Shown: positions 8,070 through 17,165, numbered from the stretch's first letter. The stretch is DNA of 35,152 bases from a bacterium (GCA_030647845.1 JAUSIO010000004.1:1-35152), one strand, 5' to 3'. The notes: generated by a model from the letters alone, not told the origin. A program made the numbers and translations.

Positions 8070-8083
8070 AGAGTTGACAGGGT

Positions 8084-8112
8084 TTGACCCCTCGTATACT
8101 CTGTGATATATT
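8084..8112 (+). promoter_or_regulatory. Candidate sigma70-type promoter
   Basis: TTGACC (8084..8089), a 17-nt spacer, then TATATT (8107..8112), 12 nt before the ATG at 8125. An alternative TTGACA (8074)/TATACT (8095) pair has a 15-nt spacer. Confidence 0.4.
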
Positions 8113-8124
8113 AGACCACACAAC

Positions 8125-9171
8125 ATGACACCAACCACCGCAGACAAGACGGGCTTTAAGCCTAAGGCAATCGTAAAAAAGCTTTTAAGCGGGTTGCCGG
8201 AACGCTCGCGTATCGTGCTCGAAGCGCGTTTTGGTCTTGGGCAAAGTCCCGACCGAGTGACACTCGAGTCGATAGGGAAGCGTTATGGTATCACAAGGGA
8301 GCGGGTGCGCCAGATAGAAAACCACGCACTCATGACACTCAAAAAGTCGCCGGCATTTGCCGAGGCAAATTCTGCGTTCCATGAGCTTGAGCGCATCATC
8401 GACTCCTTGGGCGGCATCGTATGCGAGGACGACCTGCTCAACTTCATTACCAAGGATACCAGCATGCAGAACCACATTTACTTTTTGCTGGTGTTGGGCG
8501 ACCCGTTTAAGTATCGCAAAGAAGACGAAGAGGTACAGCGCTGTTGGTATGTCGACCAAGAGCTTGCCCGCAACATCGAAGGTGCACTTAAAAGTTTGTA
8601 CGAAGGACTCTCTGATGACGACTTGATACCCGAAGGCGAGATGATAGACCGTTTTATCAAAGAGCTCCAAAACATCAACGACAAACATCGCAATCAAGAA
8701 GTGCTCAAGCGGTGGCTTACCATCTCGAAGAAAATCGGTAAGAACCCGCTGGGTGAGTGGGGTCCTGCATCCTCGCCGAACGTCAAAATCAAAGGCGTAC
8801 GCGACTATGCATACCTCGCGGTCAAAAAGCATGGCTCGCCCCTGCACTTCCGCGAAGTCGCAAAACTCATCGAAAAGATGTTTAACCGCGCGGCACATAT
8901 CGCAACAACCCACAACGAACTGATTAAAGACGAGCGCTTCGTGTTGGTTGGCCGCGGCATGTATGCGCTCCGCGAATGGGGCTACACAGAGGGCGTGGTG
9001 CGCGACGTTATCCGCGAGGTGTTGCGCGAGAGCGGCCCTCTGACCCGCGACGCGATTGTAGAAAAGGTACTTAAAGAGCGGCATGTCAAACCTGGTACGA
9101 TTGTCGTGAACCTCCAAAATCAGAAATATTTTAAACGCGCAAAAGACGGACGCTTCTCGGTTGTAAAGTAA
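8125..9171 (+). CDS. Sigma-70 region-4-like HTH plus HARE-HTH domain protein (348 aa)
   Basis: N-terminus LPERSRIVLEARFGL...TLESIGKRYGITRERVRQIENHAL is Sigma70_r4-like. C-terminus HGSPLHFREVAKLIE...IKDERFVLVGRGMYALREWGY is HARE-HTH-like. Confidence 0.7.
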   Translation: MTPTTADKTGFKPKAIVKKLLSGLPERSRIVLEARFGLGQSPDRVTLESIGKRYGITRERVRQIENHALMTLKKSPAFAEANSAFHELERIIDSLGGIVCEDDLLNFITKDTSMQNHIYFLLVLGDPFKYRKEDEEVQRCWYVDQELARNIEGALKSLYEGLSDDDLIPEGEMIDRFIKELQNINDKHRNQEVLKRWLTISKKIGKNPLGEWGPASSPNVKIKGVRDYAYLAVKKHGSPLHFREVAKLIEKMFNRAAHIATTHNELIKDERFVLVGRGMYALREWGYTEGVVRDVIREVLRESGPLTRDAIVEKVLKERHVKPGTIVVNLQNQKYFKRAKDGRFSVVK

Positions 9172-9174
9172 TTT

Positions 9175-9420
9175 TTATCCTACGATAAGGCGTAGGACTT
9201 CCCACACGGCAAATATAATAACCAGAAGAAACGTGCCCCACAAGACGCGAGTGTAAGCTATGCGCAAGTGCTCATAGTTAGAGTTGTTGGTAAACAATTC
9301 TGGGGCTCCTGTCAAAAAACCGCGTAGAAAAGTAAGAAAAGCTAACACTGCGAAGCCGGCAAAAATGGCCCCAATATAAAACATTGGGTCGGATAAGAAG
9401 TTGTTGAGTAAAGTCTCCAT
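9175..9420 (-). CDS. Small membrane protein, 2 TM helices (81 aa)
   Basis: ATG ORF with two hydrophobic helices (FYIGAIFAGFAVLAFLTFL and LWGTFLLVIIFAVW). Convergent with the upstream gene, leaving a 3-nt gap. Confidence 0.55.
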   Translation of the reverse strand: METLLNNFLSDPMFYIGAIFAGFAVLAFLTFLRGFLTGAPELFTNNSNYEHLRIAYTRVLWGTFLLVIIFAVWEVLRLIVG

Positions 9421-9480
9421 AGTCTAGTGAAGTGAGTGAAATAAAGTTTACTTTAATTTCCGAACGAACGACGACTATAT
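9421..9480 (-). repeat. REP-F ~58-nt intergenic repeat abutting a start codon
   Basis: AGTCTAGTGAAGTGAGTGAAATAAAGTTTACTTTAATTTCCGAACGAACGACGACTATAT aligns by eye at roughly 80% identity with the reverse complement of 27800..27857. Confidence 0.6.
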
Positions 9481-9533
9481 AGTGCCGAGCTTGCACTCTA
9501 TAGTGTCTCTATTTTCGAGGTATACTATACCAT

Positions 9534-10910
9534 ATGTTTTTGTACGATAGGGCGCGATCACTTCAAGGAAAATTTGTGATGTGGGGTATTGACCCGGTTG
9601 TCTTTACAACGACCGTGCTCTTTATACTTGGTGTTGTGGTTTGGGAAAATGACCCTAAGGCATTTACCACTTTCTTGTATGCGCTGACGGTATCCTCCCC
9701 GCTGTGGCTACCTGTCTTCTTGGTGGTAATATTTTGGATCACGTGGATAGACTACATCCGGATGAGGTTTTGGTTTTCGTGGACCTATGTTCTGCTCGAA
9801 ATCCAGTTGCCACAGGAAGTTGAAAAATCGCCTCTCGCTATGGAGACCTTTTTAGCTACCATTTGGAACAGTGGCGGAGAGACGACACTCCTGCACCGTA
9901 TATGGAGAGGGACGCATCGCCCCGTGTGGGCTCTGGAAATTGCAAGCAACGAGGGTCGTATTAGTTACTATATACACATGCGCCGTGACTGGCGAAACAT
10001 CGTCGAAGCACGTCTGTATGGTCAGTTCCCCGAAGCAAAAATAGTAGAAGTAGATGACTATGTTGCAAAAATTCCGTTCAACCTCAAACAGTATAGTTTA
10101 CACGGCAGCGAATATGAAAAAGGTAATAGTAACATCGGTGCGTTACCGATAAAAACATATGTTGACTTTAAGCTCGACAAAAACGAAGACCAGGAATATC
10201 GCGTTGACCCGCTTACTAACGTACTCGAATTGCTAGGGCAAGTTGGCCCTGGCGAGTATTATTGGTTCCAGATTATCCTCAAGGCGCGTAAGAGCGACGA
10301 GTGGTATGGTTTTTACTCCTGGAGTGACAAATTTATGGACGACGCGAAGGCAGAAATAAAAAAGATAATACAACTCGCCGCAGAGCGCGCCAAAAGTTTG
10401 ACTGACGACCCGCAGACACAAGCGCAGGCGGCGGCGCGCGGCTTAACACTTTTGACCAGTGGCGAAAAGTTGCGGGTCGAAGCGATTGAACGCTCGATGG
10501 CAAAGCCAGTTTTTGAGTGCGGCATACGGGTCATTTATCTCGCGGAGAAAGAGCGCTTCAATGGTGTCAATATCGCCGCGATGGTTCGTTTTTTTGACAC
10601 CTTTCGCAGTACTGGCACTGCACGCGAGTACAACTCACTCGGGGTGATTCGCGCCAACATGAATTACAATCACCTGTGGCAAGATTTTCGTGGTATCCGC
10701 AACAACATAGAGCGGTATCGTATTTTTGACAAGTATAAAAAACGCGCCTACTTTTATGCCCCGTACGACCAGGAGCCTATATTTTTAACCACCGAGGAGG
10801 TGGCGACGATATGGCATTTTCCGAGTTCGATCGTACAAACACCGGGGCTTAACCGTGTGGCGGCGCGCCGAGCTGAAGCGCCGTCAAACTTACCGACGCT
10901 ACCCACGTAA
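9534..10910 (+). CDS. Membrane-anchored hypothetical protein (458 aa)
   Basis: ATG ORF with TATACT 7 nt upstream. 2-3 N-terminal TM helices, then a soluble domain (LLEIQLPQEVEKSPLAMETFLATIW...). No Walker motif seen. Confidence 0.7.
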   Translation: MFLYDRARSLQGKFVMWGIDPVVFTTTVLFILGVVVWENDPKAFTTFLYALTVSSPLWLPVFLVVIFWITWIDYIRMRFWFSWTYVLLEIQLPQEVEKSPLAMETFLATIWNSGGETTLLHRIWRGTHRPVWALEIASNEGRISYYIHMRRDWRNIVEARLYGQFPEAKIVEVDDYVAKIPFNLKQYSLHGSEYEKGNSNIGALPIKTYVDFKLDKNEDQEYRVDPLTNVLELLGQVGPGEYYWFQIILKARKSDEWYGFYSWSDKFMDDAKAEIKKIIQLAAERAKSLTDDPQTQAQAAARGLTLLTSGEKLRVEAIERSMAKPVFECGIRVIYLAEKERFNGVNIAAMVRFFDTFRSTGTAREYNSLGVIRANMNYNHLWQDFRGIRNNIERYRIFDKYKKRAYFYAPYDQEPIFLTTEEVATIWHFPSSIVQTPGLNRVAARRAEAPSNLPTLPT

Positions 10911-10918
10911 CGTTCCTC

Positions 10919-11965
10919 ATGCAAAACGACGGACAAAAACCTCCTCAGGGTAACGTACGTACGCGTCTTACGCGGGCGGCGGGTGTGTGCAACAGGTGGT
11001 GTTTAGAATGGCGTATGTATGAGCGTATTCTCCCGACCGCATTTTTGAGTGGGGTACTTATTTTTTTGGTTTATTTTATTACAGTGGCTCCGCCTCTGGA
11101 CTTTCCGGTTGGAGCGCTTCTTAAAATCGAAAAAGGTAAGAGCACTCTCGATATAGCCAAGGAACTCCAGAACCACCATATTGTACGTTCGGCGCTCATA
11201 TTTGTGGCGGCGGCAAAACTCTACGGCGGTGAGCATGCGGTGGTAGCAGGGGAGTACTTTTTTCCTGGAGAAGAAAATGTGTTTACTGTAGCACGCCGGC
11301 TCTCGAGTGGGGACTACGAGTTGACGCCCGTGCGCGTAACTATCCCCGAAGGGGCAAACGCGCGCGAGATAGGGGCTCTGCTTACACAAAAAATCGCCGA
11401 TTTCGACTCGGAAACGTTTCTAAAAACCGCACAGCAAAAAGAAGGATACCTGTTCCCGGACACCTACTTTTTCTTGCCTGGGGCAGACCCGCACGAGGTT
11501 GTGTATGCGCTTTTGGAGAATTTTAAAAATAAGACCGTCACTCCGCAGGTCAAGGATGCACTTGCAAAATTTGATACACCACTCGCCGACGTTGTCACTA
11601 TGGCGTCGCTCTTGGAAAAAGAAGCACCATATACAAAAGACCGACAAATTATCGCTGGCATACTTTGGCATCGCATCGCAATTGGTATGCCTCTGCAGGT
11701 AGACGCAGTTTTCCCGTATATCATCGGCGTTAACTCGCTCCAGCTTACGCGGGAGCAACTCAAAACTCCTTCGCCGTACAACACGTACACCAACAAAGGT
11801 TTGCCACCGGGGCCAATAGCCAACCCCGGGCTAGACTCTATCATGGCGGCGATGACACCAGTCAAAACAAAGTACGTGTTCTACCTTTCCGACTTGCATG
11901 GCAACTTCCACTACTGCGTAACCTACTCTTGCCAACTTGCAAACCAACGCCGCTATCTGCCGTAA
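10919..11965 (+). CDS. mltG: Endolytic murein transglycosylase MltG (YceG-like)
   Basis: N-terminal TM helix followed by YceG signatures (MASLLEKEAPYTKDRQIIAGILWHRIAIGMPLQVDA, YNTYTNKGLPPGPIANPG). An alternative in-frame ATG at 11015 would place the start just before the TM helix. Confidence 0.85.
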   Translation: MQNDGQKPPQGNVRTRLTRAAGVCNRWCLEWRMYERILPTAFLSGVLIFLVYFITVAPPLDFPVGALLKIEKGKSTLDIAKELQNHHIVRSALIFVAAAKLYGGEHAVVAGEYFFPGEENVFTVARRLSSGDYELTPVRVTIPEGANAREIGALLTQKIADFDSETFLKTAQQKEGYLFPDTYFFLPGADPHEVVYALLENFKNKTVTPQVKDALAKFDTPLADVVTMASLLEKEAPYTKDRQIIAGILWHRIAIGMPLQVDAVFPYIIGVNSLQLTREQLKTPSPYNTYTNKGLPPGPIANPGLDSIMAAMTPVKTKYVFYLSDLHGNFHYCVTYSCQLANQRRYLP

Positions 11966-12013
11966 GTTGTGGATAGTACTGGTTGCTGTGATATATATAG
12001 TATACTTGGACGC

Positions 12014-12349
12014 ATGGCAGAAAAAGTAACACTGGAGTCGTTAGGAGCGAAAATAGATTCGATGGGTGTAGCGCTAGAGTCGCTTACAGCGACTACTGCG
12101 CGTGGTTTTACAAAATCTCGTAAGGAAACCTCCGAGGCTATAGATTCGCTCGCCAGGATGACCGCGCGAGGGTTTGAAGAATCCCGGAAAGAAAATCTGG
12201 AAGAGATTGGGAAACTAGAAGAAAAAATGGATCGTGGCTTCGCTTCTATCGACAAACGGCTCGAAGTGCACTACCAGTCGCAGTTCAACTCCCACGCAAT
12301 CCGCATCAAAAATTTAGAAACATTTACGGGTGTAGAAGTTAGTAAATAA
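12014..12349 (+). CDS. Hypothetical coiled-coil-like protein with internal ~22-aa repeats (111 aa)
   Basis: ATG at 12014 with TATACT 7 nt upstream; the track start 11969 is GTG. Repeats: TARGFTKSRKETSEAIDSLARM / TARGFEESRKENLEEIGKLEEKM / DRGFASIDKRLE. Confidence 0.55.
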   Translation: MAEKVTLESLGAKIDSMGVALESLTATTARGFTKSRKETSEAIDSLARMTARGFEESRKENLEEIGKLEEKMDRGFASIDKRLEVHYQSQFNSHAIRIKNLETFTGVEVSK

Positions 12350-12352
12350 AAA

Positions 12353-12378
12353 GCCGCTCAGCGTTATTGTAGAGCGGC
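12353..12378. terminator. Hairpin between convergent genes
   Basis: GCCGCTC-agcgttattgta-GAGCGGC. Overlaps the stop codon of the minus-strand small ORF. Confidence 0.35.
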
Positions 12379-12528
12379 CGTTAGCTTGACCAGTATTTCT
12401 TGTCGCATGGCAAAAAGAAAAATACCGACCAAGCAAGTGACAACAATCCACCGATAACGATACGGGAAATATAGTGCCGTTACTGCTCCCACGCTACCCG
12501 ATAGAAGTGCTACAAGGACATGGTCCAT
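12364..12528 (-). CDS. Possible small membrane protein (54 aa from the ATG; 74 aa from the TTG at 12588)
   Basis: Two hydrophobic segments (VLVALLSGSVGAVTALYF and IVVTCLVGIFLFAM). It fills the gap before mnmA. No homology evidence. Confidence 0.35.
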   Translation of the reverse strand: MDHVLVALLSGSVGAVTALYFPYRYRWIVVTCLVGIFLFAMRQEILVKLTAALQ

Positions 12529-12581
12529 CGCGGATACTTCCTCAGTTGCAACTGTTGAATATTTATCATAAAGTAGTATTT

Positions 12582-13724
12582 GTGTCAACCAAAAAGAAAA
12601 AAGTATTTGTTGGGTTGTCGGGTGGGGTAGACTCGGCGGTGTCGGCTGCGTTGTTACAGAAAGAGGGCTATGACGTGACGGGCGTGTTTATCCGCATCGC
12701 GCTACCCGGGTACCCGTGCTCGGCTGGGGCGGACAAAATAGAGGCGATGCGCGTCGCCGCGCATTTGGATATCCCGTTTTTGGAACTCGATTTGTCGAAG
12801 GAGTACGCCGAGGAAGTATTTACAACATCGATACAAGCATTTGCCCGTGGCCGCACGCCCAACCCCGATGCGTTATGCAACCGACAAATTAAATTTGGCG
12901 CCTTTTTTGACTTTGCCCGCGCGCGCGGTGCCGACTACATAGCGACCGGGCATTATGCACAACTTCGTGAAAGCAAGATTTCGGAAACGCAGAAATTTCC
13001 TGCTAAAAATTTCTTATCTCCGGCGCCGTCGCGCCTCCGAACATTTCCTCAACCTTCTTTCACTTCGTTGTTAGCAGGAGCCGATGCCGAGAAAGACCAA
13101 AGTTATTTTTTGTGGATGGTGCCAGAAGCGGTTCTGCGACATACATTGTTTCCCGTGGGCGGGATGCAAAAGGCACGGGTGCGCGAACTTGCAAAAAAAT
13201 TTGGCCTACCAAATTCGGCGCGCAAAGACAGCCAAGGATTATGCTTTTTAGGAGATATATCTATCGAACAAATGCTTAACAAAGAGCTTTCGCCACAGCT
13301 TGGCGATGTGCTTGCCGAGAACGGAAAAGTGGTTGGCACGCACGAGGGCGCGGTGCTCTACACGCTCGGCCAACGCCACGGGTTTACAATATTTTCACAG
13401 GATACCCACACCGTGCCGCACTTTGTTATTGGAAAAGATATAGAAAAAAATACTATCACCACCTCGACACAGCGCTACCCAACGGGTGCTACAACAACAC
13501 AAGTTGCTTTACGCGAACATAACTGGATTGGCCCCGTAAGCTCCGGCCCGTGCAGTGCGCGTTTTCGGTATCGACAAAAACTTATTCCCGCGGTTGTTGA
13601 GGTAGAAAAAAATATAGCTACTCTTCTCGAGCCACACTATGTCCCGCTTGGGCAGTCACTAGTGGTATATAAGGGAGAGGTGTGTCTCGGCGGCGGTATT
13701 GTCGAAGACACTGAACTTTGTTGA
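12582..13724 (+). CDS. mnmA: tRNA 2-thiouridine(34) synthase MnmA
   Basis: KKVFVGLSGGVDSAVSA PP-loop, PNPDALCN, ATGHYA, KDQSYFL, KDSQGLCFLG. GTG start at 12582; the track's upstream extension looks non-coding. Contains an extra ~25-33 aa segment (see findings). Confidence 0.9.
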   Translation: MSTKKKKVFVGLSGGVDSAVSAALLQKEGYDVTGVFIRIALPGYPCSAGADKIEAMRVAAHLDIPFLELDLSKEYAEEVFTTSIQAFARGRTPNPDALCNRQIKFGAFFDFARARGADYIATGHYAQLRESKISETQKFPAKNFLSPAPSRLRTFPQPSFTSLLAGADAEKDQSYFLWMVPEAVLRHTLFPVGGMQKARVRELAKKFGLPNSARKDSQGLCFLGDISIEQMLNKELSPQLGDVLAENGKVVGTHEGAVLYTLGQRHGFTIFSQDTHTVPHFVIGKDIEKNTITTSTQRYPTGATTTQVALREHNWIGPVSSGPCSARFRYRQKLIPAVVEVEKNIATLLEPHYVPLGQSLVVYKGEVCLGGGIVEDTELC

Positions 13725-13800
13725 AGTGTAGCAGATACTGAGGTCTGCCGAAGTGTTGATAAGACAGTACTTAAGTAGAAGATGGGCGTATACTTTATGT

Positions 13801-14274
13801 GTGGCGAAAAAGCTGACAAAAGAGCGTGGGGCGTTTGTGCTGATAGGTATCCTGCTTGTGTTGCTTGTGGGGTGGTGGAGTATTTCGTCTTTTGCTTCTG
13901 TGACCTCGAGCTTTTCCACGGCGGCATATAACCCCGACACTCCACCTGTCGTCGATAGCAGATACACTCCCGTAACTCCGGTGATAATTCATCACCGTGT
14001 TGCAAATGGTACGCACACATACAAAGGGTCTTTAAACCTACCGGCTGACTGCGATATGCTCTCGACCAGTGTCGAGGCAACCACTGGCAACCCAAGACAT
14101 CTTAAAGTTTTCCTCATGGTACTCCACTCAAGCGGCGGATGTATATCTACAAGCAGCGTCGTCGCAACAGCGTTTTCTGTATCGTTTAGAGGTATGGACA
14201 ACGCGCCTGTTGTGTTTGACGGTCTCACGGTAAATAATGTAAAAATTCCTTCTTCGGTTGTGGAGGGCACGTAA
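13801..14274 (+). CDS. Membrane-anchored or secreted hypothetical protein (157 aa)
   Basis: GTG at 13801 with TATACT 6 nt upstream; the alternative GTG at 13753 is the track start. One N-terminal TM helix (AFVLIGILLVLLVGWW), then a beta-rich domain. Confidence 0.55.
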   Translation: MAKKLTKERGAFVLIGILLVLLVGWWSISSFASVTSSFSTAAYNPDTPPVVDSRYTPVTPVIIHHRVANGTHTYKGSLNLPADCDMLSTSVEATTGNPRHLKVFLMVLHSSGGCISTSSVVATAFSVSFRGMDNAPVVFDGLTVNNVKIPSSVVEGT

Positions 14275-14275
14275 T

Positions 14276-15121
14276 ATGTCCATACTTGTCACAAAAGCCG
14301 ATGGCACGACCGAAGCGTTTGACCAAGCAAAGTTAGAGCGCTCGCTCAAGCGCGCAGGAGCAAGCGCTGAGGTGGCGGTAGACATCGTCGAGGAAATTAC
14401 TAAAGAGTTATACAGCGGTATCACCACAAACGAGTTGTATCGGCGTGCGTTTGCTCATCTGCGCGAACACCGGCGCGGGGTGGCAGCGCGATACTCACTT
14501 AAGCGGGCGATACTCCAGTTTGGACCATCGGGTTTCCCGTTCGAAGCGTACTTGGCGGAGTTGTTTCGCGCCGAAGGATACACAGCCGAAATCGACCAAC
14601 TGGTACAAGGCGCGTGTGTCGAGCACGAAGTAGATGTCGTGATGACTAAAGAAAAAATGGTGACCTATGTTGAAGCAAAGTTCCACAATACCGCTGGGTT
14701 TAAGACCGATTTAAAAACAGTACTCTATGTCAAAGCGCGTATCGACGACATCTCCGCCGCCGCTGAAGCTTCGGCGGACGCGGCGCGCTCTACCACCGAA
14801 GGTTTGGTAGTGACTAACACCAAATTCACTTCTGTAGCGATACAGTACGCGACCTGTCAAGGGCTCTGGCTACTTGGCTGGGAATATCCACAGGAAGGGA
14901 ACCTGCACGACCGTATCGACGCCGCAAAGCTCTACCCAATAACCGCCCTCACTACACTGTCAAAGCGCGAAAAAACGGCTCTATTGAGCGAGAAAAAGGT
15001 CCTTTGTAGCGCGCTTTCGGGCGACAGCAGTGCTCTTGTGCGCGCTGGGATAGCTGGCCGCCGAGCCGATGCGGTCTTGGAGGAAGTGGGCGCATTGTGC
15101 GTCCCCGGAAAAGATATATGA
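14276..15121 (+). CDS. ATP-cone domain fused to a restriction-endonuclease-like (Mrr/PD-(D/E)xK) domain
   Basis: The N-terminus MSILVTKADGTTEAFDQAKLERSLKRAG...TTNELYRRAF fits an ATP-cone. The following part has FEAYLAELFRAEGY and ...HEVDVV...YVEAKF, which fits a D...E-x-K nuclease core. GGAGGG lies 8 nt upstream of the ATG. Confidence 0.7.
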   Translation: MSILVTKADGTTEAFDQAKLERSLKRAGASAEVAVDIVEEITKELYSGITTNELYRRAFAHLREHRRGVAARYSLKRAILQFGPSGFPFEAYLAELFRAEGYTAEIDQLVQGACVEHEVDVVMTKEKMVTYVEAKFHNTAGFKTDLKTVLYVKARIDDISAAAEASADAARSTTEGLVVTNTKFTSVAIQYATCQGLWLLGWEYPQEGNLHDRIDAAKLYPITALTTLSKREKTALLSEKKVLCSALSGDSSALVRAGIAGRRADAVLEEVGALCVPGKDI

Positions 15122-15164
15122 TATACGTGTGCCTTTTTAATTACTCATAGACAGAAACCATACT

Positions 15165-15884
15165 ATGGAAGAGAACAACAGAAATCAGGGTGGGCAGAAT
15201 AACCAGAGTGGGCAGCAACAAAGGTCGGGTCTATCTTGGTCACAACCTGCTCCAGTGTCGAGCGGGTCTGTCCGACATGATGGAGGGTCGCAGAACGCCA
15301 ATGCAAACAACAAGCCGCCAGTGCAGCAACAACAAAAGCCAGTACAGCCGATACAAAAAGGCAGTAGCAAAAAAACAATCGGCATTGTTATTGCTGTCGT
15401 GGTGCTTGTTGCACTTGCGGTATGGGTGTTTAAAGGAACGCGCGAAGATAGTGTGCCTGCTTCCGACTCGACAGCGACAAGCACATCGGATACTGCGGCC
15501 ACACAAGAAACTACGACACCGTCTACCTCAATAAAACCGGTTGCCACACCAGTAACCACAACTACGACCAGCTCGCTTGTCATTGTGTCTCCGCAAGACG
15601 CTGGCCTGCAAGTTGCGGTCTCAAACATCACGGTGTCGGTGCTGACCTGGGTGGTTATCTACGAAAATCATAATGGCCAGCCGGGCAACGCACTTGGGGC
15701 GTCGCTCTTTTCTGCAGACAAAACAAGCGGTGTTGTCGACCTACTGCGCGGCACGCTCCCAGGTCAGACCTATATCGCTGGTGAGGCACAGGACGATGGC
15801 GACCACATCTTCTCCCTGCAAAATGACCCTGCTGTTCGCGATGCACAGGGCAACCCGGTGTGGGTGTCGTTCAAAACACGTTAA
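15165..15884 (+). CDS. Membrane-anchored protein with a Q/N-rich N-terminus, a T/S-rich linker and a C-terminal beta domain (239 aa)
   Basis: ATG ORF. Low-complexity N-terminus, TM helix IGIVIAVVVLVALAVWVF, a Thr/Ser-rich stretch, then a globular C-terminal region. No family recognised. Confidence 0.6.
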   Translation: MEENNRNQGGQNNQSGQQQRSGLSWSQPAPVSSGSVRHDGGSQNANANNKPPVQQQQKPVQPIQKGSSKKTIGIVIAVVVLVALAVWVFKGTREDSVPASDSTATSTSDTAATQETTTPSTSIKPVATPVTTTTTSSLVIVSPQDAGLQVAVSNITVSVLTWVVIYENHNGQPGNALGASLFSADKTSGVVDLLRGTLPGQTYIAGEAQDDGDHIFSLQNDPAVRDAQGNPVWVSFKTR

Positions 15885-15890
15885 CTATCT

Positions 15891-16346
15891 ATGTTTGACC
15901 AAATCGAGATACTGTTTGCATGGCGCTTAGCTGCCGCCGTGTTGCTCGGCGCCTTGGTAGGTCTCGAGCGCTCTATCGCAGGCAAACATGCCGGTATGCG
16001 CACCTACGCGCTGGTGTCGCTTGGCTCATGCCTCTTTGTTGTGGTGGGTACCTTGGCGAGCTACCAGTTGTCTGTCTTTGTTGGTATCAACCCCCTGCAA
16101 ATTGCTTCCTCGGTGGTTATAGGCATTGGATTTATCGGTAGCGGTTTGGCAATCATGCGGGGAAACAGTCAGATGGAACTCACCACCGCGTCAGGTGTGT
16201 GGGTGGTGGCTGGTGTTGGTATGGCCTGCGGGTTTGGGCTGTATCTCCTTGCGGCAGTAACGAGCATACTAAGCATCCTTGTCTTTGCTGTATTCTCCCG
16301 TGGCGAGCGTCTTATCAGGGTGCGTTGGGGAAACAGAGACCAATAG
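15891..16346 (+). CDS. MgtC/SapB family membrane protein
   Basis: LLGALVGLERSIAGKHAGMRTYALVSLGSCLF plus 4 TM helices is typical of the MgtC N-terminal domain. Confidence 0.8.
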   Translation: MFDQIEILFAWRLAAAVLLGALVGLERSIAGKHAGMRTYALVSLGSCLFVVVGTLASYQLSVFVGINPLQIASSVVIGIGFIGSGLAIMRGNSQMELTTASGVWVVAGVGMACGFGLYLLAAVTSILSILVFAVFSRGERLIRVRWGNRDQ

Positions 16347-16379
16347 AGTACAATAGGCACAACGCAAAAAGCGTTGTAC

Positions 16380-17165
16380 ATGAGCCAATACTACAAACCA
16401 CATCGCAAGCCAGACTACAATTATGGCGGGTCAAAATGGACGCTGTCGCGCTCAAAAATAGACCTTTTTTTGGATTGCGCGCGCTGTTTTTATCTGGACA
16501 ACAAGCTCGGGGTCGCGCGACCACCTGGGTTCCCCTTTAACTTAAACTCTGCCGTTGACGCTCTGCTAAAAAAAGAACTTGACGCCCATCGTGCTCAAGG
16601 AACCCAACATCCTCTTGCCAAAGCATATGGTCTGGACGCCATACCGCTTGCCCATGCCAAAATGGATGAGTGGCGGGATGCTTTACGCAATGGCGTCAAG
16701 TGTGTACACAAAGCAACCGGGCTTGTCGTGCGCGGGGGTGTAGATGACATTTGGGTCAACAAGGCGGGCGAGCTCATCGTCATTGATTATAAAGCCACCA
16801 GCAAAGACGGGCGCATAGAGAGCTTGGACGAAGAGTGGCACAAGGGTTATAAACGCCAACTCGAGATTTACCAATGGCTTCTCCGTCAAAATGGTTTCAA
16901 AGTTTCCGACACTGGCTACTGGTTTTATGCAAATGCGACTCGCGACCGCGAGGCATTCGATGGGCGGCTTGATTTTGAGTTGACGCTGGTGCCGTATACG
17001 GGCTCGACCGATTGGGTAGACGACACATTGGTAGCGTTGAAGAAATGTCTGGATGGCGACGCTCTGCCTTTAGCAGGAGACGACTGTGACTATTGCCGGT
17101 ATCGTGAATCGGTCGGTTCTGTAACTAACACGTATGAAAAAGGTAAAACCCAAGCTCTATTCTAG
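16380..17165 (+). CDS. PD-(D/E)XK nuclease family protein (Cas4/RecB-like, with a Cys cluster)
   Basis: An N-terminal Cys (CARCFY), GGVDDIW...LIVIDYKAT core motifs and a C-terminal CDYC suggest a Cas4-like 4-Cys arrangement. I used the ATG at 16380; the track start 16374 is TTG. Confidence 0.7.
   Translation: MSQYYKPHRKPDYNYGGSKWTLSRSKIDLFLDCARCFYLDNKLGVARPPGFPFNLNSAVDALLKKELDAHRAQGTQHPLAKAYGLDAIPLAHAKMDEWRDALRNGVKCVHKATGLVVRGGVDDIWVNKAGELIVIDYKATSKDGRIESLDEEWHKGYKRQLEIYQWLLRQNGFKVSDTGYWFYANATRDREAFDGRLDFELTLVPYTGSTDWVDDTLVALKKCLDGDALPLAGDDCDYCRYRESVGSVTNTYEKGKTQALF

Noticed and set aside
8185-9117. 310-aa minus-strand ORF opposite the Sigma70_r4/HARE-HTH gene.
   Set aside because: It is antisense to a gene with recognisable domains. 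It shows no motifs and no start context.
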